Part shown: piece by piece, positions 10,744 to 20,681 of the stretch
Layout: every line of letters starts with the position of its first letter
How positions within the stretch are numbered: the stretch's first letter is position 1
Assembly: GCA_937863745.1 (NCBI GenBank)
Contig: CALMHN010000061.1
Span: 1 to 35,707, forward strand
Source: an uncultured bacterium
GTDB lineage: Bacteria > Bacillota_I > Bacilli_A > RF39 > UBA660
Direction of reading: 5' to 3'
DNA: 35,707 bases
The notes under the pieces: model-generated
What the model saw: only the letters and a program-made list of their open reading frames with translations
The model's database searches: none
What the model was told of the DNA's origin: nothing
Made by a program: the position numbers and the translations under genes

Positions 10744-12540
10744 TTAATATATTATATTTACTGGATTATATGATATATTTGTTAGATCATATGGTATATT
10801 TGTTGGATAAGGATATATCATGTTTTTTATTCTCATATTAAACGTTACATTATTAAAACTTTTTCCACGTGGTATATATACCACAGGTATAATCCAGCCA
10901 ACATTATAAGGTAAATATGTTATATTAGCAATATCATCACAAGTCATAAACTCAGACATATCTAATACATCTGTAGGTCTAAGTTCTCTTGGATAGGGAT
11001 CTATAAATTGTGCTGAACCTATATCATATATATATGGTAACTTTTTCTTATACCAACCCACATCTTGTTTGTAACACCAACAATTGCTTAATAATTCATT
11101 ATGTCTATTATGATGATGTATTATGTTCTGTTCTGCATCAAAATTAAATGCAAATCTAACTTCAGGATCACTCTGTGCAGATATTTCTACATCAACGACA
11201 CCGTGTAATATTTTATATTTAGTTCGTCCTACCAAAATAACATCTCTATTCCAAGTATTAACAACTGTACCAGATAAATGATCCCATGTTAAATGCTCCA
11301 AATTTTGGCGTAATCTATCCACTGTATTCATTGTAGGTATATAGAATTTCCATGTAGAAGGAAAATGTCCACTGTATGATTTAGTATATATTTCTTCTTT
11401 AAATACTCTAGTTTCTTCATCTATTATTTCATCATGTATGCTAACCAACTGAGAATAATCAAAAACATTAACTACAGCACTATCATCATCTAAATTTGGC
11501 ACATATCTTATATAATCAATAATAGAATGATCTATAATTTTCTTTAAATAATCTCTTATTTTGATGAGGATATCATATAAACTATCATCTTGAGTATCAT
11601 CATAATCATACAATCTATGCATTACACCTGTGACAATCTGTTTAGTTATTATTCTAGATATATAGTCTGATGTTGTTACAGATTCATCTATATTACCATC
11701 TATTCGTAGTATGGGTGCAGTTTGTAAATTATAAGCATGATAAGGTTTTACAAAGTCAACAATTATTTTCATATATATCTTGTATAGATAAGAGAAAATG
11801 GCATATATACGTAATGGAAACATCTTCTTTGTAAAACTATATAGTATCTGTTCTAATACAGCTAAAAAAGATAAATAGAATCTATTCCCATCAAGTAATG
11901 CTTTATTAAATAGATTTAAATCATCATCAATTGGTGTATATTGACTATCAAAGAATTTAGCAAAAGGCTTAATATCAAATATATAATCTCTCGACACTCT
12001 AGTAATCATAGTAACTGAATTTAAAGCATCTTCAATAGCTTGTAGTTTTGCTTCTATCCAATTATAAAAAGGTTCATTCATTGTTTTTAATACTTCATAT
12101 GTTGAATAATTTAAAAAATTTGGGCCTGGTTTATAAAACCATTTCTCAATTGTCTGCATACGTAGAAACTTTTCATCAGTGTCAAATACATTAGCAGAAA
12201 GTTCATCAAACATCTCCAATGCCATTGGAATATCAACATATGGATTATCAACAGGTCCATTCCACCCTATTGATGATATCCCTACACTCTCTTGAACTTC
12301 TGGAGGGAAACCCCAATATAATCTATCAAATACCATCCACAATCCTAAACATAATTCATTGAAGGATATAAATTCTCCATATCCTTCTATTGATAGTACT
12401 CTAGTATTATATCCATGCAGTTCCTGATAATCATAATATTGTTTGACTATATCTAATGCAATAGATGCTTCTTGTATTATATATGTTGTTAAGAAGTTAT
12501 TTATTGAAAAATATGATGTTCGTTGTGGAAAATTAGACAT
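10744..12540 (-). CDS. Hypothetical large baseplate protein
   Basis: 598-aa ORF with a TAGGAGAT SD, placed in the baseplate block downstream of the gp25-like gene. Confidence 0.6.
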   Translation of the reverse strand: MSNFPQRTSYFSINNFLTTYIIQEASIALDIVKQYYDYQELHGYNTRVLSIEGYGEFISFNELCLGLWMVFDRLYWGFPPEVQESVGISSIGWNGPVDNPYVDIPMALEMFDELSANVFDTDEKFLRMQTIEKWFYKPGPNFLNYSTYEVLKTMNEPFYNWIEAKLQAIEDALNSVTMITRVSRDYIFDIKPFAKFFDSQYTPIDDDLNLFNKALLDGNRFYLSFLAVLEQILYSFTKKMFPLRIYAIFSYLYKIYMKIIVDFVKPYHAYNLQTAPILRIDGNIDESVTTSDYISRIITKQIVTGVMHRLYDYDDTQDDSLYDILIKIRDYLKKIIDHSIIDYIRYVPNLDDDSAVVNVFDYSQLVSIHDEIIDEETRVFKEEIYTKSYSGHFPSTWKFYIPTMNTVDRLRQNLEHLTWDHLSGTVVNTWNRDVILVGRTKYKILHGVVDVEISAQSDPEVRFAFNFDAEQNIIHHHNRHNELLSNCWCYKQDVGWYKKKLPYIYDIGSAQFIDPYPRELRPTDVLDMSEFMTCDDIANITYLPYNVGWIIPVVYIPRGKSFNNVTFNMRIKNMIYPYPTNIPYDLTNISYNPVNIIY

Positions 12541-12569
12541 TAATAATTCATCTCCTATCTACGCAACTA

Positions 12570-14834
12570 TTATAATAAAACAATTTCATTATAATGTTGA
12601 GGATCCAATAAAGGCCCAATCTGAAGAGGCTCGTAGGTTGTAATTATTAAATTAGGCGTATTATAGCTTAACCAATCGTAGTAAGCTAAATCTAATATTG
12701 GTTTGAAAGTAATTATAAATTGAGTGTCAACTTTATAATACATATTACCATATAAAAACAATTGCCATTTGAAATTGTTATCATCTATACATCTTAAGTT
12801 ACCCATACAATCCATACCAATTATCCTCAATAATGATCCAGAATGTAATACCTGAATAGATCTCTCTAAATACATATCATAGCATATACACATATAGTCA
12901 TCTACAAAAGATCTATAATTTGATGAATTATAATCATAATTTGCAACTTTACCACTAACATATAGTTTTTTATCTCTACCAATGAAAAACGAGATATTAT
13001 CATCCAAATAAAACTCGTCTATGTCATACATAAATATATCATTACTTAGATTTTGAGTAAATACTTCTCTTTCAGGTAAAGTATTTAATAATGAACATTG
13101 TTCTACATAGTTTTCCAATTTATAAACATCAAATCCAATAACACCTGAAGCATTATCTATAAAATACATAAAGTTGTTAGTACACATAAACTTGTTTAAT
13201 GGTCTTGATCCAAGATCAATATTAAATGTAATAGTTAGCTTATCTAAGAGATCATATTTCATTGAAAACCATGTATTGTTGGCTTTATTAATAACTATTA
13301 TATCATTTGAAAACAAAATAAATAAAAATTCATTATAATCATAACTCTGTTCAATATGCAATGAATTATCATTTAAATAATCTGTTAATGACATATTGTT
13401 TATAATATGAACTATATTATTAAAACTTAATGTTGAAACGACATTGCGAAACGTATCTATCATCATACCATTAGTGTTGTCATCACTACTTGTAAACAAT
13501 AGATATTTATCAGACATAAAAGCACATGCTATATCTGATAGATGAGAACAATTAAATGCTGAGATATAATTATTTTTGACCCACCAGTTGCTTTCAACAC
13601 GAACGTCTATCCACGTTGGTTCACCATCTTGATTATAATTAAATGTAGTTCCAGATAGATGTGTTCTAATACATTCTTTTGGTACACCATTATGAATAAC
13701 TATACTACCAACTAGATATTGTGTGTTTGGTTGCCATGTACTATAAGCATCAAGATATTCTTGTAAATAATAATCATACCATTCTTGATCATATAATACA
13801 TATTTTGTTTCAATATTGTTGTTTTTAGTATTTATTATGTAACATATTGTTTTGGTCTTAAATTGTGGTGGTCCAGATATATCAGCTACTGGTTTGGTAG
13901 CCATAACATTACCATGACCATCTTCTACATCATAGGATATTCTAAACTTATTTAAGGGTATATTATCGTGATCTACTGAAACAGGATAATCTAATTTAAC
14001 TACAACAGCAGCCTTATTTGTAAAGGAATTAAAATTGAAACTCCCTACTTCTTTAATAGATATATAATCTGGTAAGTTTAGATATTTCTGTAAATGTTTA
14101 AAATTATCTAGATTGTATGTACATAACCAGTTTTTTGGATATATAAATGTGTTTTTCAAAGCTATACTATCTAATGTCTGCTCATCTAAATACCATAATA
14201 TATCATCCACTTCACTAAGTTTTATATCATTAGCTACTAATACATTTTTATATTGTTTAGCCACATCAGAATAATATACTGTATCTGGAACTAGATACCA
14301 TTCATCCAATGTTCTATTCAGATCATATTCGTTTATTGTAAAAAACGTATAACCTAGTTGAACTAAAAAGTCTCCCAATAAATTTGGTGTACCTTTTTTG
14401 CGCAAAAAAGAATATATTTTGTATGCTATATTCTGCCTAGAATTAAAATCGAATATATCGTATATATCGAACCCATATGATATTAATATATCATTGATGA
14501 TATCACTATCCAATTCATACACATTAGTTATATTTCTTCTTGTAGTAACTAATGTATTTATGACAGAAAATAATTTAGTAATTAAAAGTATTATATTATT
14601 ATAATCTTCATGGTTGTATATATTCTGATACACTACATTATCAATATGTGTTGTAACCAGATCTTCAGACTGAAAATATCGCTCTTTCATCATTGTTTGT
14701 GATATTTTGGAAAAGTCATTAGTTCTAATTGCATCTAATAACAGTTTAAACATAACAATAGGTACATTAAGTGTAGAAAGAGAAGCCTCTAACTCTTGCA
14801 ATGAGGATGTGTTTTTTAAATTGATATTATTCAT
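12570..14834 (-). CDS. Hypothetical large baseplate or receptor-binding protein with an internal CBM5/12-like motif
   Basis: 754-aa ORF. Residues about 365-411, STWQPNTQYLVGSIVIHNGVPKECIRTHLSGTTFNYNQDGEPTWIDV, fit the carbohydrate-binding W...Y..G..V...G..Y.C...H.S......P..W pattern. Confidence 0.6.
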   Translation of the reverse strand: MNNINLKNTSSLQELEASLSTLNVPIVMFKLLLDAIRTNDFSKISQTMMKERYFQSEDLVTTHIDNVVYQNIYNHEDYNNIILLITKLFSVINTLVTTRRNITNVYELDSDIINDILISYGFDIYDIFDFNSRQNIAYKIYSFLRKKGTPNLLGDFLVQLGYTFFTINEYDLNRTLDEWYLVPDTVYYSDVAKQYKNVLVANDIKLSEVDDILWYLDEQTLDSIALKNTFIYPKNWLCTYNLDNFKHLQKYLNLPDYISIKEVGSFNFNSFTNKAAVVVKLDYPVSVDHDNIPLNKFRISYDVEDGHGNVMATKPVADISGPPQFKTKTICYIINTKNNNIETKYVLYDQEWYDYYLQEYLDAYSTWQPNTQYLVGSIVIHNGVPKECIRTHLSGTTFNYNQDGEPTWIDVRVESNWWVKNNYISAFNCSHLSDIACAFMSDKYLLFTSSDDNTNGMMIDTFRNVVSTLSFNNIVHIINNMSLTDYLNDNSLHIEQSYDYNEFLFILFSNDIIVINKANNTWFSMKYDLLDKLTITFNIDLGSRPLNKFMCTNNFMYFIDNASGVIGFDVYKLENYVEQCSLLNTLPEREVFTQNLSNDIFMYDIDEFYLDDNISFFIGRDKKLYVSGKVANYDYNSSNYRSFVDDYMCICYDMYLERSIQVLHSGSLLRIIGMDCMGNLRCIDDNNFKWQLFLYGNMYYKVDTQFIITFKPILDLAYYDWLSYNTPNLIITTYEPLQIGPLLDPQHYNEIVLL

Positions 14835-14854
14835 TATTCAATCTCCATCTATTG

Positions 14855-16024
14855 TTAGAAATTAATACTAATTTGAGACAACGTATGTAACTTCCTGGAT
14901 ATAATAATAAATTCCAATGTTGCTTCTAATAGATTAGTTGCTTTCATATCAGAAGATGTTTCAGTTATATCATTAACTGGATCAACTGAATTTAAAAGAT
15001 ATAAAAACTCTCTTAACAATGCTGTTAACATCAATTCATTTTGGGGAATATCTAATGTAGGATTGGATATAGCTTCTTTAAAAGCATTTATTGATAATTT
15101 AGCTTCTAATACTTTATCTGGATAGAAAGACTCTATTACATCTATATCATATGTATCTGTAATAGAAGTAGTATATTCTTGATAATCTAAAAACAGTTTT
15201 ATTCTTGGATTAAAACTTGATCTTGTAAACTTATAATTAATTTCATCTGCATTAAACATATGTGGTAAAAACAATAAATTAAAAACACTACTATTAATAA
15301 TATGATCTACATATTTTTCTGATAGCAAGGTTACATTTGGAGGAATTATTGTTTCATAAGTATTAAGTATAAAATCAATCTCAGGAAATGAATGTTTATT
15401 ATCATTAAAATGTGCACATATATTTGTATGATATAACGAATTTAAATAGTTAATTACTTTCTCAAGACGTGATAATAATATTAAGAATGTCTGTCCTTGA
15501 GAGAATGGCAAAATAGATTTTAAATATTCTATGAATATATATTCACCATTTATATTATATTGTTCCCAATTTGCAAATGGTCTAAACTGTTCAACTACAC
15601 ATCTATAATAAGCTCTATTTAATGCTGCTGAACGTTCTATATTAACTATCATCCAATATACATAATCTCCATCTATATTAAAATGCAATATATCTCCAAC
15701 TGTTGGTACAACATTAGTAGAAGGATCTATAACAATAGATGTCTGCGTATCTTGAGAGTAATTAACTCCTCTTTCAGAGGAATTCATAGCAGGTAATACC
15801 TGCTGAATAAATGTTATTGGAAGCATATATATCTTATGCCATTTTCTACCAGATAACTCACCTGTAGTTCTATATGTTTGAATGTAATTTTCATCAAATA
15901 CTGTATTTTGATAATCTAATTTATAATACGTAGAGTATATAACATTGTTCCAATCAGCATAATCATTATATACTAATTTCTGATACTCATCAGCATAATT
16001 TGTTAATCTAATAGTAGGTTGCAT
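14855..16024 (-). CDS. Hypothetical baseplate protein
   Basis: 389-aa ORF whose ATG is 1 nt from the stop of the gp25-like gene, suggesting translational coupling. Confidence 0.6.
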   Translation of the reverse strand: MQPTIRLTNYADEYQKLVYNDYADWNNVIYSTYYKLDYQNTVFDENYIQTYRTTGELSGRKWHKIYMLPITFIQQVLPAMNSSERGVNYSQDTQTSIVIDPSTNVVPTVGDILHFNIDGDYVYWMIVNIERSAALNRAYYRCVVEQFRPFANWEQYNINGEYIFIEYLKSILPFSQGQTFLILLSRLEKVINYLNSLYHTNICAHFNDNKHSFPEIDFILNTYETIIPPNVTLLSEKYVDHIINSSVFNLLFLPHMFNADEINYKFTRSSFNPRIKLFLDYQEYTTSITDTYDIDVIESFYPDKVLEAKLSINAFKEAISNPTLDIPQNELMLTALLREFLYLLNSVDPVNDITETSSDMKATNLLEATLEFIIISRKLHTLSQISINF

Positions 16025-16025
16025 T

Positions 16026-16463
16026 TTAATCCTCTACTCTTTCTTCTTTAACTGTTTTTAATTCATATAATGACTGGCTTAATAAATCTATATTATCTAA
16101 TATAGGAAATCTATAAGTATAATCTCTATCAGCATAATTAAATCTAATAGTTATACCAATACCTTTATTATATCTATCTCCTATGAATTCACTTTGTACG
16201 TCCAATACTCTAATTCTAGGTTCCCATTTTTCTAATGCATATCTAACTTCTTGATTTGCTTCAGTTAGTATATCATCAGTTTCCAAAGAAAATAAAAGTT
16301 TAGTTACATTACAACCAAACTCAGGTTGCCATATCCTACTACCAGGAGGAGTAGCAAGAATGACAAATATGGACTGCAGAATAACACCAATATTTCTACT
16401 CTCATAAAAGTCTCCATTTGGTGATAATTCTGGTAAACATCCAATCAACTCTTGATATGCCAT
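16026..16463 (-). CDS. Baseplate wedge protein, gp25/GPW lysozyme-like family
   Basis: ILQSIFVILATPPGSRIWQPEFGCNVTKLLF...ALEKWEPRI parallels T4 gp25 IKNSLLGIITTRKGSRPFDPEFGCDLSDQLF...AVRNYEPRI. A strong TAGGAGGAG SD precedes the start. Confidence 0.88.
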   Translation of the reverse strand: MAYQELIGCLPELSPNGDFYESRNIGVILQSIFVILATPPGSRIWQPEFGCNVTKLLFSLETDDILTEANQEVRYALEKWEPRIRVLDVQSEFIGDRYNKGIGITIRFNYADRDYTYRFPILDNIDLLSQSLYELKTVKEERVED

Positions 16464-16487
16464 TATTTGCTACTCCTCCTATTTTAA

Positions 16488-16676
16488 TTATTTCTTTTTC
16501 ATTGATGTTGCTTTTTGCCTGGACAATTCTTCTTCTACTCTTTGTTGCTTGGTTTCTTCATATTTTACTCTCCAATTTAAGATAGCATCAAGTTTACCTA
16601 CTGGCATTGCCATAATATCACTATATGGTACTCCTCCAAATAGGGTCATAAATAATGCTACCTTTTCAGTAAGCAT
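16488..16676 (-). CDS. Small hypothetical protein
   Basis: 62-aa ORF co-oriented in the operon, but with only a weak SD. Confidence 0.4.
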   Translation of the reverse strand: MLTEKVALFMTLFGGVPYSDIMAMPVGKLDAILNWRVKYEETKQQRVEEELSRQKATSMKKK

Positions 16677-16704
16677 CTTTTTGTATGTTTCTTGTGCTTT
16701 AGGA

Positions 16705-17571
16705 TTACTGTGATAAGCGAAAAAGCTCAGCTATTAAGCTGACTGGATTCTCCTCTGACTTCCCACAATTGGGACATGTTCCTCTAACATATAAATCTAT
16801 ACCATAATTTCCATATGCTTCATTCCATGCTTTTCTAATAGCTATTTTATCTCTTGATGGTAGGTTACGTAGATAAGAATATATTTCAAACACATTTTTA
16901 ACAACCAAATATTTCTTATCATCTTCACTATTATTTGTTGATGATTCATTTTCTATATTCTCATCTGGTTTCTGCTTCATTGCTACTTGTTTCTGTGGAA
17001 TATGTAATTCTCTTATAATAATATAACTATCTGCTCTTCGTAAGATTTCCTGAGATATTCCTTTACTCGTTGCAAACTCACGTTCATCTTTTAAAGTAGG
17101 TAGGCAAAGCACAGCCTTATATTTACTTATAGGTAATGTTACATCCACTGTCTTTGCAATTAAACTTTCTCTTCCCTCATATAATCTTATATCAACATTT
17201 TCAGTGATATTCTCTTTAACAGTGTATTGAAAATCACAAGCAGAGCAATTGATTGTAAAGTCTTGTTCTTCACCATATGATGCTACTAATATTCCATAAA
17301 GCAAAGCTTCTCTGTCTATTATAGAAATATTGCGTTCAAAATTATAAATAGTATCTAAAGGTGGTTCCTTTTCAGTAATACATTCATATACTGTTTGATT
17401 AAGTAATGCTGTTGCTTTAGCAGCAGTAAGAGCAGATTCCCTTAATCTCTCTTCCTGTGCTACTGTAAGAGACCTAACAGTTAAATGTAATTTACTATGT
17501 GGTGTTATAACCTCAAACGTAGGAAACTGAAAATCCTCAAATTTTGGTAAATCTTTTGCTTGATAAGCCAT
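16705..17571 (-). CDS. Zinc-ribbon protein; possible baseplate-hub or assembly factor
   Basis: Two CxxC pairs are present (NCSACD and TCPNCG). I place the start at ATG 17571, 9 nt after AGGAGG, rather than at the TTG at 17577 used by the ORF track. The gene sits just upstream of the gp25-like gene, as T4 gene 26 sits next to gene 25. That positional analogy is the only functional evidence. Confidence 0.6.
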   Translation of the reverse strand: MAYQAKDLPKFEDFQFPTFEVITPHSKLHLTVRSLTVAQEERLRESALTAAKATALLNQTVYECITEKEPPLDTIYNFERNISIIDREALLYGILVASYGEEQDFTINCSACDFQYTVKENITENVDIRLYEGRESLIAKTVDVTLPISKYKAVLCLPTLKDEREFATSKGISQEILRRADSYIIIRELHIPQKQVAMKQKPDENIENESSTNNSEDDKKYLVVKNVFEIYSYLRNLPSRDKIAIRKAWNEAYGNYGIDLYVRGTCPNCGKSEENPVSLIAELFRLSQ

Positions 17572-17639
17572 TAACAAAATCCTCCTTGTAATTAATTATT
17601 ATTTGTCATTATATTTTACATCATTCTGTACAAAAATGC

Positions 17640-17683
17640 AATACAAAAATATATTGGTCTCCCTTTATCAGGGAGACCAATAT
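17640..17683 (-). terminator. Rho-independent terminator downstream of the major capsid gene
   Basis: A perfect 13-bp stem (ATATTGGTCTCCC / GGGAGACCAATAT) with a 7-nt loop is followed on the minus strand by ATTTTTGTATTGCATTTTTG. Confidence 0.8.
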
Positions 17684-17732
17684 GAAATGGTATTACGTAT
17701 TACATTAAATTTAAATGTGGTTTAATATAGAA

Positions 17733-19211
17733 TTAGTTGGTTATCTCAATAAGCCCTACGCCTTCATGCCTTATAAACTTAGCAGCATACCTGCTAAGGA
17801 AGGTCATGACTGGCTTCCTGCCAAGAGGGAATGGCGTAATGGTTAGTGGCCTATATGGTGCAAACACAAACACAGCGTGATCAGGATTCTCAGGCTTCAA
17901 CAATACTATCATTTTACCCTGAGGAACTACAGGAGAGCTGAGAACTTTCCACGTATCATCCAGTACACCTGCTATAGGTGAACTACCAAATGCTCCACCA
18001 CCAACAGTATTACCCTTGAAAGAATAATCAGAAGTAGTTTTCAGAATAGCAACATCAAGAGGATTGGCTACTATAGTATTGGCTACACCAATATTAGTAT
18101 CAACATAAATCTGGTTGCTTACTTCATTCAGCTGAACTACAATCTGGTTGTACCATTCTTTTCTACCAAATGCAAAATTAGCATCAGGTGTCTTGGAGAA
18201 AGTTTTTATTGCATTGGGATGGAAAATGCTTGTTTCCCTAATAAGGGCATTAATAAGTTTTCTATCAATATCCAATGCTATAACATTTCCAAACGTGTCT
18301 ACCAACTGAGCCTGGACGTCCATATCAAAATATGCTTTGACGTCCTGCTCATACTGAATCGTCCATTCAGCCTGCACTTCATGGTCAATAGCATTCATTC
18401 TAATCTTAAGATGTTTAAAACTAATTTTATTAGCATACATTTCCTCAAATCCAGAAATGCTTGCTACTATGGATATACCAGTTACTCTTTCAGCTTCTCC
18501 TGCTCTAGTATTAGATACAGTTACTGTTCCTTTGAAATAGTCTACATTACCAGATACATGATCTACAAAACCACTAGTTCCAAGTTCAACATCAAAATTA
18601 AACATACCTTCTTCATTAGGTTCAACCAATACATCTACATCAGTAGTGGTACTACCATTATCAATAGTATAAGTAACACTAACAATCTGAAAATCTCTCT
18701 GTAGATGAGCCTTAGAAGAATCTAATCCTTGGGCTGCCAGTAAATCAGTAACAGATGGAACAACAACAAGAGCAGGAGCAGTTACTCCTATTTGAGTTGC
18801 ACTAGAAACATCCCTCTGTAGATTAGGCAGATCAAACTCTTCATTACCAACTTTAGCTACAGCAATCAAAAATGGCCTTATAATTTCAGGCTGATCCATT
18901 GGCAATACAGTCAATGCTTCCCTTGCAACCAACGCAGGCCACATTTTCCTAAATACAGGAAGAATTAGCTGAGCCTGTGGTTTAAATCCATAAACAGTTT
19001 CAGCAAGTATTCCTTCCCTAACCAGACCAGACATAGTCTTGAACTCATCTTTCATATTTGGTTCAAGACCCTCTGAAAGAGCATCTACATAGTAATCAAA
19101 AAGGGCATCATCAGCCAGTATCTGTGGATAGTTTGCTACTACATCCACACCCTGCTTCTTCATAGACTTTGCAGTTTCCTGCAACAACGATTTTACAGCA
19201 CTATATTGCAT
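17733..19211 (-). CDS. Major capsid protein (T4 gp23-like)
   Basis: LILPVFRKMWPALVAREALTVLPMDQP parallels gp23 AVMGMVRRAIPNLIAFDICGVQPMNSP. AEWTIQYEQDVKAYFDMDVQAQL parallels gp23 AAYSIELAQDLRAVHGMDADAEL. C-terminal FAPYRPLT...VMTFLSRY parallels gp23 YAPYVALT...VMGFKTRY. GC content is much higher than in neighbouring genes, and the gene has a strong SD and its own terminator. Confidence 0.92.
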   Translation of the reverse strand: MQYSAVKSLLQETAKSMKKQGVDVVANYPQILADDALFDYYVDALSEGLEPNMKDEFKTMSGLVREGILAETVYGFKPQAQLILPVFRKMWPALVAREALTVLPMDQPEIIRPFLIAVAKVGNEEFDLPNLQRDVSSATQIGVTAPALVVVPSVTDLLAAQGLDSSKAHLQRDFQIVSVTYTIDNGSTTTDVDVLVEPNEEGMFNFDVELGTSGFVDHVSGNVDYFKGTVTVSNTRAGEAERVTGISIVASISGFEEMYANKISFKHLKIRMNAIDHEVQAEWTIQYEQDVKAYFDMDVQAQLVDTFGNVIALDIDRKLINALIRETSIFHPNAIKTFSKTPDANFAFGRKEWYNQIVVQLNEVSNQIYVDTNIGVANTIVANPLDVAILKTTSDYSFKGNTVGGGAFGSSPIAGVLDDTWKVLSSPVVPQGKMIVLLKPENPDHAVFVFAPYRPLTITPFPLGRKPVMTFLSRYAAKFIRHEGVGLIEITN

Positions 19212-19316
19212 TTATTTTTACCTCCATATTAAAAGTGTTTATAATATACTCCCAAATAAATCATTATCTTCTGTCTACTATACTTCATATCTTCTTAGTT
19301 TATTATATTTCTCATC

Positions 19317-19742
19317 TTAACAATAAGAAATATAACCACTTATCTTATTAGTACTACCATTATCATTAACTATTATCAGTTTTCTAAGTAAATTACTTTG
19401 AATATTATTGAATACATATCTTCCAGCTTTTAAATAAGCAGGAGTAGAATTTATAGAATTAAAGTATAATCTTAAATTGGATTCACATTCTATAACGACA
19501 TTTAATCTATACATTGACGACATCTTTTCAATTGGTAATTCAATTGTAAATTGATCAACTAAGTTATCTTCTTTAAAACTATAAAGAATAGGAGAAACTG
19601 GTGGATCATCTGAAATAAATTCTATATATTTGTTAAGCTCTGCTTTAGAAAGATATCTACTAAGTGTAAATGTAGAATTACCTTTTGCGATAAAATCACC
19701 AACAACTACATCTTTAGGATTGTGATTCTTATAAGTAGGCAT
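19317..19742 (-). CDS. Hypothetical head-module protein
   Basis: 141-aa ORF with an AGAGAGGT SD, lying between the protease and the capsid gene. Confidence 0.55.
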   Translation of the reverse strand: MPTYKNHNPKDVVVGDFIAKGNSTFTLSRYLSKAELNKYIEFISDDPPVSPILYSFKEDNLVDQFTIELPIEKMSSMYRLNVVIECESNLRLYFNSINSTPAYLKAGRYVFNNIQSNLLRKLIIVNDNGSTNKISGYISYC

Positions 19743-19771
19743 TATTCTTTTTACCTCTCTTTAGATAATAA

Positions 19772-20665
19772 TTATTTTATCCCAAAATATTTTTTGAATA
19801 GGGTATCAATTGGTTCTCTGGTATTTACATAATCATTGAGAAAATCTACAAGATTCTTTTCTTTCTTATATTCTTCTTCATCATATAGATAATTCTCAAT
19901 TAATTTATCTACAGTATCTTCTGCTTCCATTAATTTGTTATGTTTCAAATTAATTTCTAGCAGTTCCAATAAAGTTTCAAAATCATTCTTTACTTTATTT
20001 TCAGCTAATGGTTTAGAATTAAACATACCATTAACAATATCAAATCTATCTACCAGAATATTGGATTCTGTCAAATATGATGCTCTCTTTTTAGTATTTG
20101 CAAAATGTTCTTTGACAATCTCAATCATACGTGCCTTTTCATGTGAAGGATTACTAACACAATCATATGTTATGATTTCAAATGGGGCTGTTATTTCAGT
20201 AATTCCATCAGATCTTGGTTTACATTCACCTACTGCTCTAACTGAAAATCCTACCTTAACACCATCCATTATTAAACCAGCTAATTTATATCCATTATCA
20301 GTAGACGTGGTCTCAATCTCTCCCAAGACCATATTACCATCCATCCACATTTTATTTATTATATGAGAGACATTATCATATAATACAACAAAATGCCTAT
20401 ATTCATCTACTTCAGTATTACCAGTAAGCACAGGATGATCCAGTTCTCCAAGCAATGTCCTTGCTTGAATAAGTGGTTGTAAGGAATTAATCGCTTTCTC
20501 AACTAGATATTTAGGATACATACGTTTATTAAAATTAACATCATCAGTAGTCTGCAATACAGTTCTAATTTTAACTTTTGGCATCCTGGCACCCATATAC
20601 TTTGAATCAACTACTTCAGTATATAGGTTAGTTTTATCTATACCATTATCCAAATATATATACAT
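19772..20665 (-). CDS. Prohead core protease (T4 gp21-like)
   Basis: FNKRMYPKYLVEKAI....LLGELDHP parallels T4 gp21 RNKRLYPKRILEKAV....ALGELNHP, which holds the catalytic His. GFSVRAVG parallels gp21 GVSSRGLG, which holds the catalytic Ser. I place the start at ATG 20665 after AGGAGG. The ORF track's TTG at 20689 would add 8 aa and overlap the upstream gene. Confidence 0.88.
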   Translation of the reverse strand: MYIYLDNGIDKTNLYTEVVDSKYMGARMPKVKIRTVLQTTDDVNFNKRMYPKYLVEKAINSLQPLIQARTLLGELDHPVLTGNTEVDEYRHFVVLYDNVSHIINKMWMDGNMVLGEIETTSTDNGYKLAGLIMDGVKVGFSVRAVGECKPRSDGITEITAPFEIITYDCVSNPSHEKARMIEIVKEHFANTKKRASYLTESNILVDRFDIVNGMFNSKPLAENKVKNDFETLLELLEINLKHNKLMEAEDTVDKLIENYLYDEEEYKKEKNLVDFLNDYVNTREPIDTLFKKYFGIK

Positions 20666-20681
20666 TATGTTTTTGAACCTC

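Noticed and set aside
18219-18704. 161-aa plus-strand ORF inside the major capsid gene
   Set aside because: It is antisense to a gene with clear gp23 homology. It has no SD and a low-complexity F/I/S/Y-rich translation typical of a shadow ORF in AT-rich DNA.
19935-20366. 143-aa plus-strand ORF inside the prohead protease gene
   Set aside because: It is antisense to a gene with clear gp21 motifs and has no SD. It is a shadow ORF.
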